NCBI RefSeq assembly: GCF_009914755.1
Contig: NC_060932.1
DNA from: the human T2T-CHM13v2.0 reference genome, Homo sapiens
Reading direction: 5' to 3' (one strand)
Length of the DNA: 64,000 nt
The translations under genes and the position numbers were made by a program. The notes beneath the pieces were generated by a model. The model was not told where the DNA came from, did no database searches, and was given only the letters and a program-made list of their open reading frames with translations. The stretch's first letter is position 1. Each line of letters opens with the position of its first letter. Positions 15,365-30,384 of the stretch are shown piece by piece.

Positions 15365-15910
15365 AGAAAACTAAAGAAGTAATAAATAAATTTAAGAGTC
15401 ACGAGATACTAGGTCAGCATACAAAAATCAATTGTGTTTCTATAAATTAGCAATAAATAATTGGAAAATGAAATTTTTAAATAATAAGTATTTCCAGTAG
15501 TGTCTAGAAGCTTAAAATGTTTAGAAATAAATTTAACTAAATATGTGTAAGACCAAAATGCTGAACACTACAAAACTCCACTAAGTGAATTTTTTAAAAG
15601 ACCTGAATAAACAAAGAGAGCCAACATGTTCATGGACTGAAAGACTGGGTAAAATGGAGAAAGCTACTCTTTCCAAACTCATTTATAGATTTAATCCATT
15701 CCCAATCTAAATCTCAGACGATTTTTCTGTGGAAATTGAAAACATGATTCTAAAATTTACACAGAGGAAAAGTGCCTAGAATAGTCAAAATGATTTTGAA
15801 AAAACTAAAGTCGGAGGAGTTACACTACCTGATGTCAATATCTAATATAAGCTATAGTAATGAAGACAAAATGACTTTATCAAAGTCTACACCTATAAAT
15901 CAATGGAGAG
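15365..15910 (+). mobile_element. Second old L1M ORF2 fragment
   Basis: CATACAAAAATCAATTGTGTTTCTATA, CATGTTCATGGACTGAAAGACT, TAGATTTAATCCATTCCCAATC. Confidence 0.8.
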
Positions 15911-15944
15911 ATTGATTTATATCAGGAAAAAAGGGAATAAGAAG

Positions 15945-16314
<370 letters not shown>

Positions 16315-16664
16315 CTAGATTTCTCTTAGCATTTCAGAAGTGGGTCTCATGTATACTCTTAGCCCAGGAGCTACACCTCCCTTCTCTGAGACCAAAGAGT
16401 CTATTCCCAATAAATGATTTATTTTATCATATACATATGACATATTATAAAGAATTATATGAATATAAATTCATATTATAAACAGTTTGAAATAAAGAGA
16501 AAAAATATCCTCCCAAATAATACCAAAACATGTTGTGTTTGCAAGAAAAAAGATGGGAGAATATTTTTACTAGACAACAGTCTTCCAAATGTCATTCTTT
16601 TGGATGTCTATGTCACATGTCGAAGCCTCCAAGACATGCTGCAGTATACACACTTCATTTTACC

Positions 16665-17678
16665 TAAATAGACATTTCTCAAAAGAAGACATACAAATGG
16701 CCAAGCAGTATATGAAAAAATGCTCAACATCACTAATCAGGGAAATGCAAATCAAAACCATGATAACATATCATCTTACTGCAGTTAGAATGGCTATTAT
16801 CAGACAGACAAAAAAAATAAGAAATGTTGGCAAAGGTGGGGAGAAATGGGAACTCTCATCCACTGTTGGTAGGAATGCAGAGTAGTACAATCATGATGAA
16901 AAACAGTATGGAGGTTCCTCAAAAAACTGAAAATAGAACTACCATATGATCCTGCAATCCCACTGCTGAGTTTATGTCCAAAAGAAAGCAAACCAGTATA
17001 TTGAAGAAGTGTTTGCCTTTCCATGTTTATTGCAGCACTATTCGCAATAGCCAAGATACTGAATCAACATATGTCAATCAGCAGATGAATGGATAAAGCA
17101 AATCTGGCACATACACACCATGGGATATTATTCTGCCATAAAAAAGAAGGAAATTCTGTCACTTGCAGCAATATGGATGGAACCGGAGGTCATTTTGTTA
17201 AATGAAATGAGCCAGGCACAAAAAAACAAATATTGCATGTTCTCACTCATATTGCATGGGAGCTAAAAATGTGGATCTCATGGATGTAGGGAGTAGAATG
17301 GTATTTATCAGAGTCCGAGAAGGGAAGGAGGAGGATATGAAGAGAAGATGGCTAATGGGTACAAAACTACAGTTAGATAGAAAAAATTAAGTTTGATATT
17401 CAATAGTACAATATGGAAATTATAGCTGATTTATTGTATATTTCCAAATAACTAGAGAAGAATTATAATGTTTTAGCACATTACACAAGGGAAGGGACGT
17501 GCAGGTCCTGGGCTAGGAGTGTACATGAAACCCACTTCTGAAATGCTAAACACAAAAATAAGTGTTTGAGGTGATGGATATCTCAATTATGCTTTGATCA
17601 TTACACCTTGTATACATGTATCAAAATATCACATGTACTCCAAAAATATGTATAACTGATCAGTTATAAAAAAAGAAA
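16665..17678 (+). mobile_element. L1MA-type 3' end (ORF2 C-terminus plus 3'UTR), interrupted at ~17474-17549
   Basis: Translates to [31 protein letters not shown] (L1 ORF2p); L1MA-like 3'UTR. Confidence 0.9.
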
Positions 17679-17727
17679 TATGCTTCACTTGGTTTAATTT
17701 ATGTTTCCAAAATATTTTAGCACCAAA

Positions 17728-17954
17728 CTTTTTTTTTTTTTTTTTGAGATAAGGTCTCACTTTGTTGCCTAGGCTGGAGTGCAGTGGCACAATCACGGCT
17801 CACTGCAGCCTTGGGTATTTTTAAAAAATTTTTTCTAGAGGCAGGGTCTCATTATGTTGCCCAGGCTGGTTCATAACTCCTGGGCTCAAGTAACTCACCG
17901 GCCTCAGGCTCCCAAAGTGCTGAAATTACATGCGTGAGCCACCACACCTTGCCA
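17728..17954 (-). mobile_element. AluJ with deletion in the right arm
   Basis: Poly(T); CACTGCAGCCTTGG joined directly to the linker; intact left arm. Confidence 0.9.
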
Positions 17955-17988
17955 CAAGTTGTTTTTCACATAATGGTTATGCTCTTAT

Positions 17989-18201
17989 CAGTGTTGTTCA
18001 ACAGAATTTTCCATGAGGCTAGAAATGTTTTCTGTATTTCCACTGTTCAATACAGTAGCCACTAGCTACACTGTGAACCCTTGAAATGTAGCCAGTGCAA
18101 CTGATAAAATGAATTTTTAATTTTATGTAATTTTAAGTAATTAAAATTTAAATTTAAATAGTCACATGTGGTTAGTGGCTGTAATGTACTGAATAAAACA
18201 G
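17989..18201 (+). mobile_element. MER3-like hAT-Charlie element
   Basis: CAGTGTTGTTCAACAGAATTTTC...AAATAGTCACATGTGGTTAGTGGCT. Confidence 0.8.
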
Positions 18202-19091
18202 CTCTAAAACAATATCTATTGCAAAGATTAGATATTTGAAAGACCACTGTAAAACAAGAATGTTGTTCTCAGCACATGACAAAATTAAGTTCAAAGTGAT
18301 TAAATGACTTGCCCAAAATAAGCACCAAGTGAAAACACAGCCAAGATTTAAATGCAAATAAACCAAATTAGTGTGTTTCAAACTGCATGTTCTTTTCATT
18401 GTTCTACACTTCCTTAAAGATGCTACAGAGATGAGTATTTGTTGGTAACCTGTTGTATTTGTAAATGTTTATGGGGATATATATATTTACTGCTTCTATT
18501 TGCATAAATTTGAATTTTGCTGCATTTTTTATTATTATGGAAATAATATAGTTCCAGATCCATTCTTTTCAAATGCAATTTTTAAATAAGCAGTAAGTGG
18601 ACATTTTCATTTGGTTGATGCAGAAACTGAAATGTAAAAAAAAAAAAAAAAAGATACATTAAATTTTATATCTGCCTTATATTGAAGACATTTTACAGCT
18701 ATATAAGGAAAAATAGAAGTGGAAATAATTTTGATCATTTATATTAACTGAGGAATCTTAGAGGAGTAAGTTTCCACTTACATGCACACTGATATTTTTC
18801 ATCTTTAACATTTTAAATCCAGTCCAATGTGCAAAGTAGTAACATCACGTTACAGAAGTTAAGGTTTAGTTTGTTGTATGGTTAGTAGTATGCACTTCCA
18901 AAATCATATAAAAACTGTTGGAAATACTCCTAAGTTTAGCTTTAAGCACTATATTCCTCAGATTGATGAGTGCTGAACATGACCTCTATTGACAAGTTAT
19001 TTATTGACAATTTGAGGGCTCCAGTTTTCCCAGAGAACACTCTATTACATGTAACCAACGATGATTGTTATGAATGTCTTAAAGGTACTGA

Positions 19092-19177
19092 TACATTTAC
19101 ACCAAACAGGAAGAGACAAATAGGTCATGTTAGGTACATTTACACCAAACAGGAAGAGACAAATAGGTCATGTTAGG
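19092..19177. repeat. Perfect 43-bp tandem duplication (2 copies)
   Basis: TACATTTACACCAAACAGGAAGAGACAAATAGGTCATGTTAGG occurs twice with no mismatch. Confidence 0.97.
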
Positions 19178-20506
19178 TGTAACTTCGGTTTTCTAAGATT
19201 GCTTTTTAGAATATTATCTGAAAAAGAGTATATTATATTTCTAAATATTATGAATTAGGATATTTTTGATTTATGTATTAGGTAAATATTTTATAGGCTA
19301 TAATGATTATCAATGACTTTCAGTGAAAAATAATGCATTTTTAATGTTTTACTTATTTTAAATACTACCAACACTCTAATTTTAATTATGGGACAGTTAT
19401 AGGCCAAGAAAAAAATGGATGAAAAATTAGTCAACTGCTACAAATGGTTTTGCCCCAAGGATAAAATTACATATTTTCCTTAGTTCTCCAAATTGTAATA
19501 TGTTACTCTTATGAAGAAAAAATAAATAATAAGTATGTAAATACCACATAAAACCTTCAAAAAATTAACTCAAAAGAGACTTTTTTTAATCTAAGTACAT
19601 AAAATGATTGACCAACTTTTGATTTGATTTATTAAAAAGATAAGTTAGAATGGGTTTTACTTTTTAGAAAGGATTTGCATGGCAAAACGAAGTGAAAATC
19701 GTGAGCTAATTATGTGGTAAATTTAATTAGTGTAGCCACCTAATCAGAATTATTCAAGCTCATTATAGCTCAAAGAAAGTAAAACCACCCTGCCCAAGAC
19801 CCAGCCAAGTGCAAATAAACATTTAGTAAATCCTGCTCATAGTAATAAACAAAATTAAGAACTTTCCTTCTATTCTAGCTATTTTCTTTTAATATGTGGG
19901 AGTATGAGGCATCAGATAATTTCCTCAATAGGCTTATTTTCAAGGAAAAACAAACTAAGAAAGCCATTTCTTCATCTATTGATTGTTGCACATGTAACTC
20001 AGCCACAACTGAACATTTTCAAAATCATCTGCATGTGCCATGCTTGGCTAGGACCACAGGTAGAGGGCAATTGCAGAAACGAAGATAATTTTCTTCCTTT
20101 CTGAGGTTTAGACCATTGAAATGAGAAAATGTATGGGTCAGTATGTAGTTATAGTTTACGTGCAGAGCAGTTGCCTTATATCAACTTGAGATCAATCCCG
20201 TGCTACCCCAATGGAACACTCTTGGATTGAAAAGAGAAGGGACACCATCTAGGACTTTTGCACAAATGTCTAGGCTGCTAATCTTAACTTTCTTCTTCCC
20301 TTGTAGAGAACAATATCCAAGTAATGTTTTGGAAAACGGAAACTCTATATTCCTGACTTCCCTTCCTAGGGAGTGGGACCCAGGGACAGCTGCAAGGATC
20401 TGCAGGCACTTTCTAGGCTCCCCTTGGATTGTTTACTTTCCTCCAGAAGCCAGAAAAGGAAAAGAAAATAAAGCATTGTAATATAAACAAAGGTAATGTT
20501 ATTGAC

Positions 20507-20948
20507 TATAGTTGTTTTCTGTTGGCACTGTAACAAATTACTGTAAATTTAGTAGCTTAAAACGGCATACATTTATTCTCTTACAGTTCTGAAGATCAGA
20601 AGTCCAAAATGAGTCTTACACAAGGTTTTGAAAGGGTGGGTTTCTTCTGGAAGTTTCAAGGGGGAATCCATTCCTTTGTCTCTTCCAGCCTCTAAGGCTG
20701 CAGGCATCCCTTGGTTTATGTCTGTGTTAGTCCAATCTCTTATGCTATCATCACATCGCCTTTTCATCTTCTATAGCCAAATCTCCCTCTGCCTCTCTTT
20801 TGAAAAGACTCTTGAGATTACACTGGGACTCCTGGGTAATCCCGAATAATCTCCCCATCTCACAGTCCTTAATGTAATCACATCTGGAAGGTATCCTTTC
20901 AGGGATCAGGACCTGGATATCTCTGGGGGCCATTATTCAGCTCACCAC
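20507..20948 (-). mobile_element. MLT1-family MaLR solo LTR
   Basis: GTAACAAATTAC...CTTACAGTTCTGAAGATCAGAAGTCC...GGGGCCATTATTCAGCTCACCACA. Confidence 0.85.
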
Positions 20949-20950
20949 AC

Positions 20951-21110
20951 TGATATTGGTGGTTCTGGTGGCAGTGGTAATGAAGACAGCAGTAATGGTA
21001 CTGCAGATGGTAGCAGAAGTGTTGATGAAGTTCATGGTGATAGTACAAACTATGATGGTGGCAACGGAGGCAACGTTGATGTTGGCAAAGGCAATGGTGG
21101 TGTTAATGTG
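20951..21110. repeat. Degenerate (TGG/TGA/CAG)n low-complexity tract
   Basis: Recurrent GGT/GAT/GGC triplets. Confidence 0.6.
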
Positions 21111-22511
21111 AGCAGAATAGCAGGACTGGGAACATCAGCAAAGGGGGTTTACTCTCAATGGTAGTTTAGACGTCGCAGTGCACAGTACTCTTGCCCATGG
21201 CTCTAAAGGACAGGCCAGAGTGCCCCAACCAGACTAACTACATCCTGGCCTTCAACAAGCAATGTCAGCCCAGTGGGAAGCTAAGACAGTTTCTTGCTTG
21301 TGGGGGGAAATGATTTATACACAAAAACTACAGTTACACAGAAGTCCCCTTCAAAGTATGTAAAAGGCAGAAGGATGTCACCTACGGAAGAATAGCTAGT
21401 CACATAGTGGATTGATCTGGAACTGAGACAAAGCTGGTAGCTCATGAGTCTATGACGGTTTGAATGTTAAGCTCATGAAAAGAATTTATCCTTCCTTTGT
21501 AACTTCTCCAGGATTTTCTGTACGATTAATTTTTCCAGTATACATGATGGAAGACTGTCACCTCCAAGGTATGTGTGTGACTTGGGAGCCACTGTGTGCA
21601 ACCTTCTTTGGAGAAGCAAATGATGTGCTGCATATTTAGTCACACTTCTTAGTGTGTTCTAGTGACTTCGGGCAGTCTCTTTCTAGGACACAGCGCCCTC
21701 CCAATAAGTTGATGTCTCAAGAGGCATGATGATTTTTTCTCGAAGGAGAGTTTGTCAGCATGATTGCCTATGCTCCACTTCCTGGAGGCATTTGTGCATT
21801 CTCCTTAACATAAATAAATACTTCCCCTCTGGAGGTAAGGTAGCAGGCATCCAGTAGCCAGGCCATGGATTTTGACAATTAGCTTTCACAATTCCCTGGA
21901 AAGAAAACAAGTTGTGTACCAGGCCACCAGTAGGAAAGAGACTTGCTCTGGATACTATAGACGGTTGCATTGAAACTTACTCCATCTTGATGCGTCGGTG
22001 TGTTGTAAATGCCCCCTGCTCCACTACCCTATGGATTAAAAATAAAATTTCACAGGGAGGAGTTTTCATCAGCTACCTCCAAATATTTTGCAGGTAGAGG
22101 CTCTGATCTCTCCCTGTTTTCAGCCTGCTCAGCACCCTGTCCTGAGAAGTCTGTTTCTTAGACATCTATTATAACTGACATATTGTTGCAGTGGGGGTGA
22201 ATAGATGCATTAGGCAGATGATCTTAATTGGCTTTCTTCCAAAAGAATTTTTTTAAGAAGAGACAGCTGAAATTCATTCACATTTACAATTAGTAAAACT
22301 TTCTTTCATTATTGAAACGCTTGCTGAAACAGCAGCCACATCAGGGTGACAAATCCCGTTATCATGCTTTCTGTAATTGTCTCCCCAAAAGACGCCTATT
22401 GAGAGCATTGTCTGGGCTTGTGTATTAGACTGACAATCAAGCTCCAGGCAGAGGGTAGAGGGGCATATGCAGCCTGCCCCAAAATGCTTTTGTGTGTGGG
22501 GGGGGGAGGGC

Positions 22512-22518
22512 TGTGTGT

Positions 22519-22559
<41 letters not shown>
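22512..22559. repeat. (TG)n microsatellite
   Basis: About 23 units with one AG interruption. Confidence 0.95.
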
Positions 22560-22560
<1 letters not shown>

Positions 22561-23744
22561 TTGTTCAGCAGAGAGAGCTAAGATTCTGGAAAAATATGAG
22601 GACGCACTGTGCGTACTAACAAGATCAGTCACCAGGCATTAGTGGGATTCTCGTGCTTTGCGTCTTTGGTTTTCTATTTTCTCATATTTTTCTCTGCGAG
22701 CAACCACAGGTGCTATTTGTTTGTCAGGCTGTTACTGGGGAAAATGAGAATGGGGGAAGAGATCATTTCTTTTTAAGTGATCAGTTAACAGCTGAACTCA
22801 CATGGCTAACAATAGAATCATGATGAAAGGCAAACAGAAGAGTGTAAAGATTATTCCTTAAGAGTCTCATGGAATGAACTGTTTCCTGAAGGGGCTGGGA
22901 AGGAGCTACTTGCTTTGGACCTTGTGTGCCTTCGTGGCCAACGCTGGTGAAGGGGACTCCACAGGCCACTCTGGGCTGACACTGGTAGACGGATTACTGT
23001 GGAGGATGTTAAAACAATTCTCTCAGTGAGAATGAAGAAGGAATAGGTAATACCTTCAAATATGGAGCAGAAGGAGAGGGGGAGAGGGAAGAAGCATCAG
23101 TGAAGCAATGCCGATCATTGCTGTTTCAGTTCTCATGAGACCTGAGTCTCATTTTCTTTCACCAAGCCAACTGCCTGAGGGGTGCTGCTTAAATACCTTT
23201 GTCTGTTTATTGGATTGTCCAGCATGCACTGTGTTGCTCTCTCCCATATTCATCCTGAACGCTGACAGTTCCTTTCTCTTTTGCCAATTCACCTAGAATC
23301 ACGTTGGCTAATACAATCTGTGCCTGCTCCATTCCCAAGAGAGCTCCCTCTCGTTCCAAAACTGCAATTCCAACCCAGTGAAACCTGCTGTCCTCACAGT
23401 CAGCCTTGCTCTGATTGAGAAAGAGCCGTGTGCTCGGTGTTATGTTGCTACTGGAGCATATCAGGGAAGAGGCAGATGCACAATGTGAGGTTGAGGGGTG
23501 AGGCAATAAATAACATGGCTTGAAAGAGACTAATCGAATTTAAAAGAAGATAGTCTCCTGCCCGCAGCATCCTAAGGTGACAGGAATGAAGCTGAACTCT
23601 GCATGATATTGTTACTGATATCTTTTCAAGGTTTCCATGCTTCCCCTTAGTGCATCCTGAAATTAACTAGAATCAAAAAATTAAGAATCTTCATAATCAG
23701 CACCATCAATGCAGAAACCAATTTCTGTCATAATCACATTAGTA

Positions 23745-23811
23745 TTTCCAAGCTGGCATGTGCCAGGCACATAGTAGGTACTAAATAAATTTTCATTGAA
23801 TGAATGAATGA
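23745..23811 (+). mobile_element. L2 3' terminus
   Basis: GTGCCAGGCACATAGTAGGTACTAAATAAAT...TGAATGAATGAATGA. Confidence 0.75.
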
Positions 23812-24788
23812 GTTGAGCTCAGCTTTGCCACATACCATGTGACATTGGTAAGTTTTCAAGCTACTTGGCACTATAAACGAACAACCATCACAAAATAATG
23901 CCTTTGCTTTCAAGAAGCCTAAAGTCAAGTATAAGAGACAGAACCAAGTGTCCAGGCCCTTGACTTGCTAACCTGAACCTGACTCTGCCTCAACACGGCC
24001 ATTGCAGTTGGCCCTCCTCACCACAAGCTCACCAGCTATCATTCTATTTGAACTCTGTCATCAGAAACTCTCTTGGAACCTGGATACCAGCCCGTTTCAA
24101 TAGACTTCTTGTCACTATTAGCTAAAATATTAGTCCCACAGTTCTTCCATTTGTCATCCCAAACTCTTCTCGCCCTCCCTCTCCCTACCTCCATCTAAAT
24201 GGTCAGAGAAACCAAGAAATGGATTACAAAGGTCTCAATCTAAGTAAACAAGGGACTTGTTCTGCAAATATAGCTTCAAGACAAGTCTCCAAGCCCTCAT
24301 TTTCAATATATTTTGTACTCATAAGCCTCTCCTGCAGAGAAATTCTAGAACTCCTACTGCTCTAACAAGTTTTAACTGAGGCTTCTTCAACTCTCATTTA
24401 CAACTTCAAACTCATCCAAAGTTTTTCTTAGACCCTCTCTCATGGAGGCATCTTATTCTCCTGCCATCCATATCCCACAATAATTAGGAGATTGAACCTT
24501 CCAGGCTCACATCTTTTTCTGACCAGGCTTGACCAATGGCAATCACATAAATATCCTATGAACAGTCACCTTCCTCACAATCCTTACAATATCAGATCTT
24601 AATCTATCCTTGGGTCATTCCCATATGTCATCTTCTCTGTTCCTATATTCAGACTACTAAACATTACTTGAGAAAATCCCAGCAACCACGTGGACTAGTG
24701 ATACAATGACATAGGGATCCCCAATCTCACCTGGACTCTTACAATTACCTGACATTTGTTTATTTGTCCTTGGTTCTTGGTTCAACCT

Positions 24789-25230
24789 TGCGATAGTTAA
24801 TTCGGTATCAAATTAGCTAGGCTGTGCTACCCCAGTTGTTTGCTAAAATGCCAATCTAGATATTGCTGTGAAGGTATTTTTTTAGATGTGATTAACGTTT
24901 AAATCAGCAGATGTTGAGTAAAGCTGATTACCCTCCATAAAGTGGGTGGCCCTCATCCAATCAGTTGAAAATCTTAGAGAAAAGATTGAGGTCCCTCAAA
25001 GAAGAAAGAATTCTGCCTAGAGATGGCCTTCAGACTCAAGTCTGCAATGTTGACTCTTTCTGGGTCTGCAGCCTGCTGGCCTACCCTACAGATTTCCGGC
25101 TTGCCAGCTCCCATAATCACGTGAGCCAATTTCTTAAAATAAACCTCTCTTTCTCTCTCTCTCTGTCTCTCTCTCTGTCTCTTTCTCTTTCTCTGTTGGT
25201 TCTGTTTTTCTGGAGAACACTGACTAATAC
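24789..25230 (+). mobile_element. MLT2-family ERVL solo LTR
   Basis: GATATTGCTGTGAAGGTATTTT, CTCATCCAATCAGTTGAA, internal (CT)n, TTGGTTCTGTTTTTCTGGAGAACACTGACTAATAC end. Confidence 0.88.
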
Positions 25231-25265
25231 TAGCACACCCTTCAGCAACTATTAAAAATGCCTGC

Positions 25266-25592
25266 AGACGGGCGCAGTGGCTCACGCCTGTAATTCTAGC
25301 ACTTTGGGAAGCCAAGGAGGACGGATTGCCTGAGCTCAGGAGTTGGAGACCAGCCTAGGCAACACGGTGAAACCCCATCTCTACTAAACTACAAAAAAAA
25401 TTAGCCAGGTGTGGCAGCATGCACCTGTAGTCCCAGCTACTCAGGAAGCTGAGGCAGTAGAATCACTTGAACCCAGGAGGCAGAGGTTGCAGTGAGTCAA
25501 GATCACGCCACTGCACTCCAGCCTGGGCGACAGAGTAAGACTCCTTCTCAAAAAAAAACAAAAACAAAACAAAAAACAAAACAAAACAAAAA
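25266..25592 (+). mobile_element. AluS with (AAAAC)n tail
   Basis: Full dimeric Alu. Confidence 0.95.
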
Positions 25593-26010
25593 TAACTGTC
25601 TGCTACTCTCTTCAGCTCCTTTCCACTTCCCATCCCTCTCACTCTCAGGTGACCTTGCTTGGTGCACCCAGAAGACTTAGGCAAAATCCAATCTGACCTG
25701 ACTCAATTACCCAACATCCTACTTCTAATGATCTCACATCCAGGTTGCACTGCCTAGGGAACCCTTTTATTTAACACTTAAAGAAAAAGATTTGAACCCT
25801 CATTAGATACTTTGTGGTGACTACCAAAATGTTTTACCAAGGTAGGAATGGTTTATGTGTTCCTTGAATCTGTCCACACTTAAAAACTTTCTTTCTATGG
25901 CAGAAAACCATTTTTCTTACTCGAGGCTACCATTCTTTTTGCTGTGTAACAAACATGTACGCATGGTTTGGGTCACTAAGTGGATTTAGAGCAGAACAAT
26001 AAAGGCCATT

Positions 26011-26355
<345 letters not shown>

Positions 26356-26569
26356 TAAACATCACTATCCTCAAACCCATTGGCCATTCCCTGTGATCTG
26401 GAACTTCGTTCTGGCTGTGAGCCCCCTAAAGAGCAAGCTTGCTGTCATTTTCTCAAGCCTTTCTCCTTAATAATAACCCAACTGTCCAACCCAACTCTCA
26501 CTGCTCTTTGATAGATTTTCCTTACTTCTCTCCAGGAATACCCTTCCCAGAAACTACCAATTCCTCCTA

Positions 26570-27004
<435 letters not shown>

Positions 27005-27206
27005 TAAGTGGTTGCTAAGGGGAAAACTATTTTTACAATGTAATTAAGAAATTATTTGCCTTTTTCACTGTCATTTCTCATTAGTGTGTAGTGAAGATTC
27101 TGGAGCCTGCATGATGTGGGATGTGACTACAGACTTAATGCAGAAGTAGACATGGGACTCCAGCTGTCTCCTATCAAGAAAGACTTCAAAAACAAACAAT
27201 CAAAAA

Positions 27207-27502
27207 GGCCAGGTGTGACAGCTCACACCTGCAATCCCAGCACTTTGGGAGGCCAAGGAGGGAGGATTGCTTGAGCCCATGAGTTCAAGACCAGCCTGGG
27301 AAACATAGGATAACCCTGTCTCTACCCCCACAAAATACAAAACGTGGCTGGGCATGGTGGCATACTCCCATAGTCTCAGCTACTTCGGTGGCTGGGGTAG
27401 GCAGAGTACTTGAGCCCAGGAGGCGGAGGTTTTAGCGAGCCAGGATTGTGCCACTGCACATCAGCCTGGGTGACAGAGACAGACTCTGTCTCAAAAAACA
27501 AA
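27207..27502 (+). mobile_element. AluJ
   Basis: GGAGGATTGCTTGAGCCC, AAACATAG J-type features. Confidence 0.92.
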
Positions 27503-27580
27503 GATTTTAGAGACATTTTCAAAAATGTAAAACAGTAGCTCTCTTCTGGCTAATTATTTAGTTTTGAAAATAGAGTTATT

Positions 27581-27956
<376 letters not shown>

Positions 27957-28406
27957 TTAGTTTTAAATAAATTAAAAATATATTTAAAGCAATTTCTGTT
28001 TCAATTTCTAATATGGTAAACACTTAAAACCTACATAAAAAAACTCTTCAGGGTCCTCAATATTTTTTAAAAGTGTAAAGAGGTTCCTGGGGCTACAAAA
28101 CTCCAGGACCCTCCAGGCCATGCTGTGCTAGGCCTCCATCTTTCACACTCCAAGAGGCCATTAAGGAATTTTCTTCTGAAGATTCAATTCTTCTGATATG
28201 AATTATGAAAGTTCTCCAGAATTAATAAGCATTTAAGCCAATTTCTATAAATGTTATTTTTCTTTCTGCTAAAAGTCAATCATATTTCTACATATTCATC
28301 CTTTCTTCCCTCCAGACTCACACCAGTGGGACCCTCACTCCTGTCTGCCCTTGTACTTACATTCTCAGTCATCCTCAAATGCTTTCTCTCTTTTCTGTTT
28401 CCTTCT

Positions 28407-28849
<443 letters not shown>

Positions 28850-30384
28850 TAGATGTAATTTATATTAATACATATGTAATTTTATTACATATAGAGCATA
28901 TGTATATGGGCATGTGTGTGTGTGCGTGCGTGTGTTGCTTCATTCCCTTGATAGTTCTACACTATTTCTCAACTTCTCTTTTCAGCCAAGCTTTTGGTGA
29001 GAAGAGTCAATACTTTTTCTGTCTCAACTTCCTCACACTCCACTCACTCTTCAGTTCCTTGGAACTAACTTCTGACTGAATTCCTCCACAGCAAATATTT
29101 CAGGGATGGTCTTCCAAAATGCAAAATCCAAGGAACGCCACGTAGCCCTCACCAAAAAGAATTCTCTGCTGCACTGCACATTGCACACTGCTCTCTCTGA
29201 CTTCTATGGCACTGTTCTTCTGGCATTACTTCCTCTCTGACCATTCTTTCTCAGGTTCCTTTATAGAAGATGCCTATTAATACTTAAACTCCCAAAATAT
29301 TACTTTCCAGATTTGTGTCCACACTTTCCAGAGTTCTGTCCATAAACTGGTTGGATGTGAAAATCAACGAAGGGACTTAAAGAAGTCCATCAGATTCCTG
29401 ACTTGATTAAAGGCTGAAGCTAGCAACTGAACCACAGAATATGGCCAAAGAAAAGCATGTTTGGGAGGGGGAATAGGCTGAATGGGGAGAGGACAGTTTC
29501 CGGTAGCAGAAAGATTGAAATGCATAGATGCACATCATCTCTAAGGTTTCTTTCTCTTCTAAAATCCATGTAGTTGGATGCATTCTTGAATTAGATGCAG
29601 ATTATAGCACAATATATAATTATGGAAGCATATAAGATAAGCTGAATAGCCATTTTCCAGAAATGATGTTGGAAAAACTGCTTAAACTGACCAAGTAGAC
29701 TAACTGCCCTCAAAAGTCCCTTCTATATTCAGATCTTATGATTCTATGAAATACTATTATAGTATTGATCACTGGACCAGAGACTTAAAAATAATTAAGG
29801 CTGCTGAAAGTCAGTGCATATATCACATGGGAAATCTTCTACAGTGGGCTGAGATGAGGGGGTGGAGACTCTCTTCAGCTTCCTGCTTACCTTTCTGCCC
29901 TGTGCCTCCTCTACCTGGGCTGTCCAATGCGGCTCTACTCTCTCCTCTGCCTTTTTCCCTGTTAAAACTAGCTTGGAAGCAAATCTCTCACTGTGAACGT
30001 AAGTGACAAATTACCTTGCCCAGTGGTTTGTACATATTAAACCTTATTTCTACTTCAAGAATGTTAAGTATTACCTGATGCTGAAGTTACCCAAATCATT
30101 TTTCCAGGTCAAGCCTGTCTCCTCAGATCCACATAAATATATCCAGTATGCCCTGCCACATAGACGCATCAGGATGCACAATTTCCTGAAGCCTTTCTCT
30201 GTCTACACTGCCCATGCCCCTCTCCCGTGAGCCATGCTTAGTTATGGGCACTGCCATGTGTCCATTTTCCTAAGCCAGACCCATGTTGGACTCTTCCTTT
30301 TACACCAGATACTGAATAGTATAATTCCTTACTGTCTCAGTCCATACCCTCCTCTTTGGCTCTTGGTCATAGCTACAGGACAAT

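Noticed and set aside
16589-16885. ORF with protein-like sequence
   Set aside because: It is a decayed L1 ORF2p C-terminal fragment, not a host gene
19092-19177. Direct repeats as a possible CRISPR-like array
   Set aside because: Two abutting copies with no spacers, in a mammalian genome
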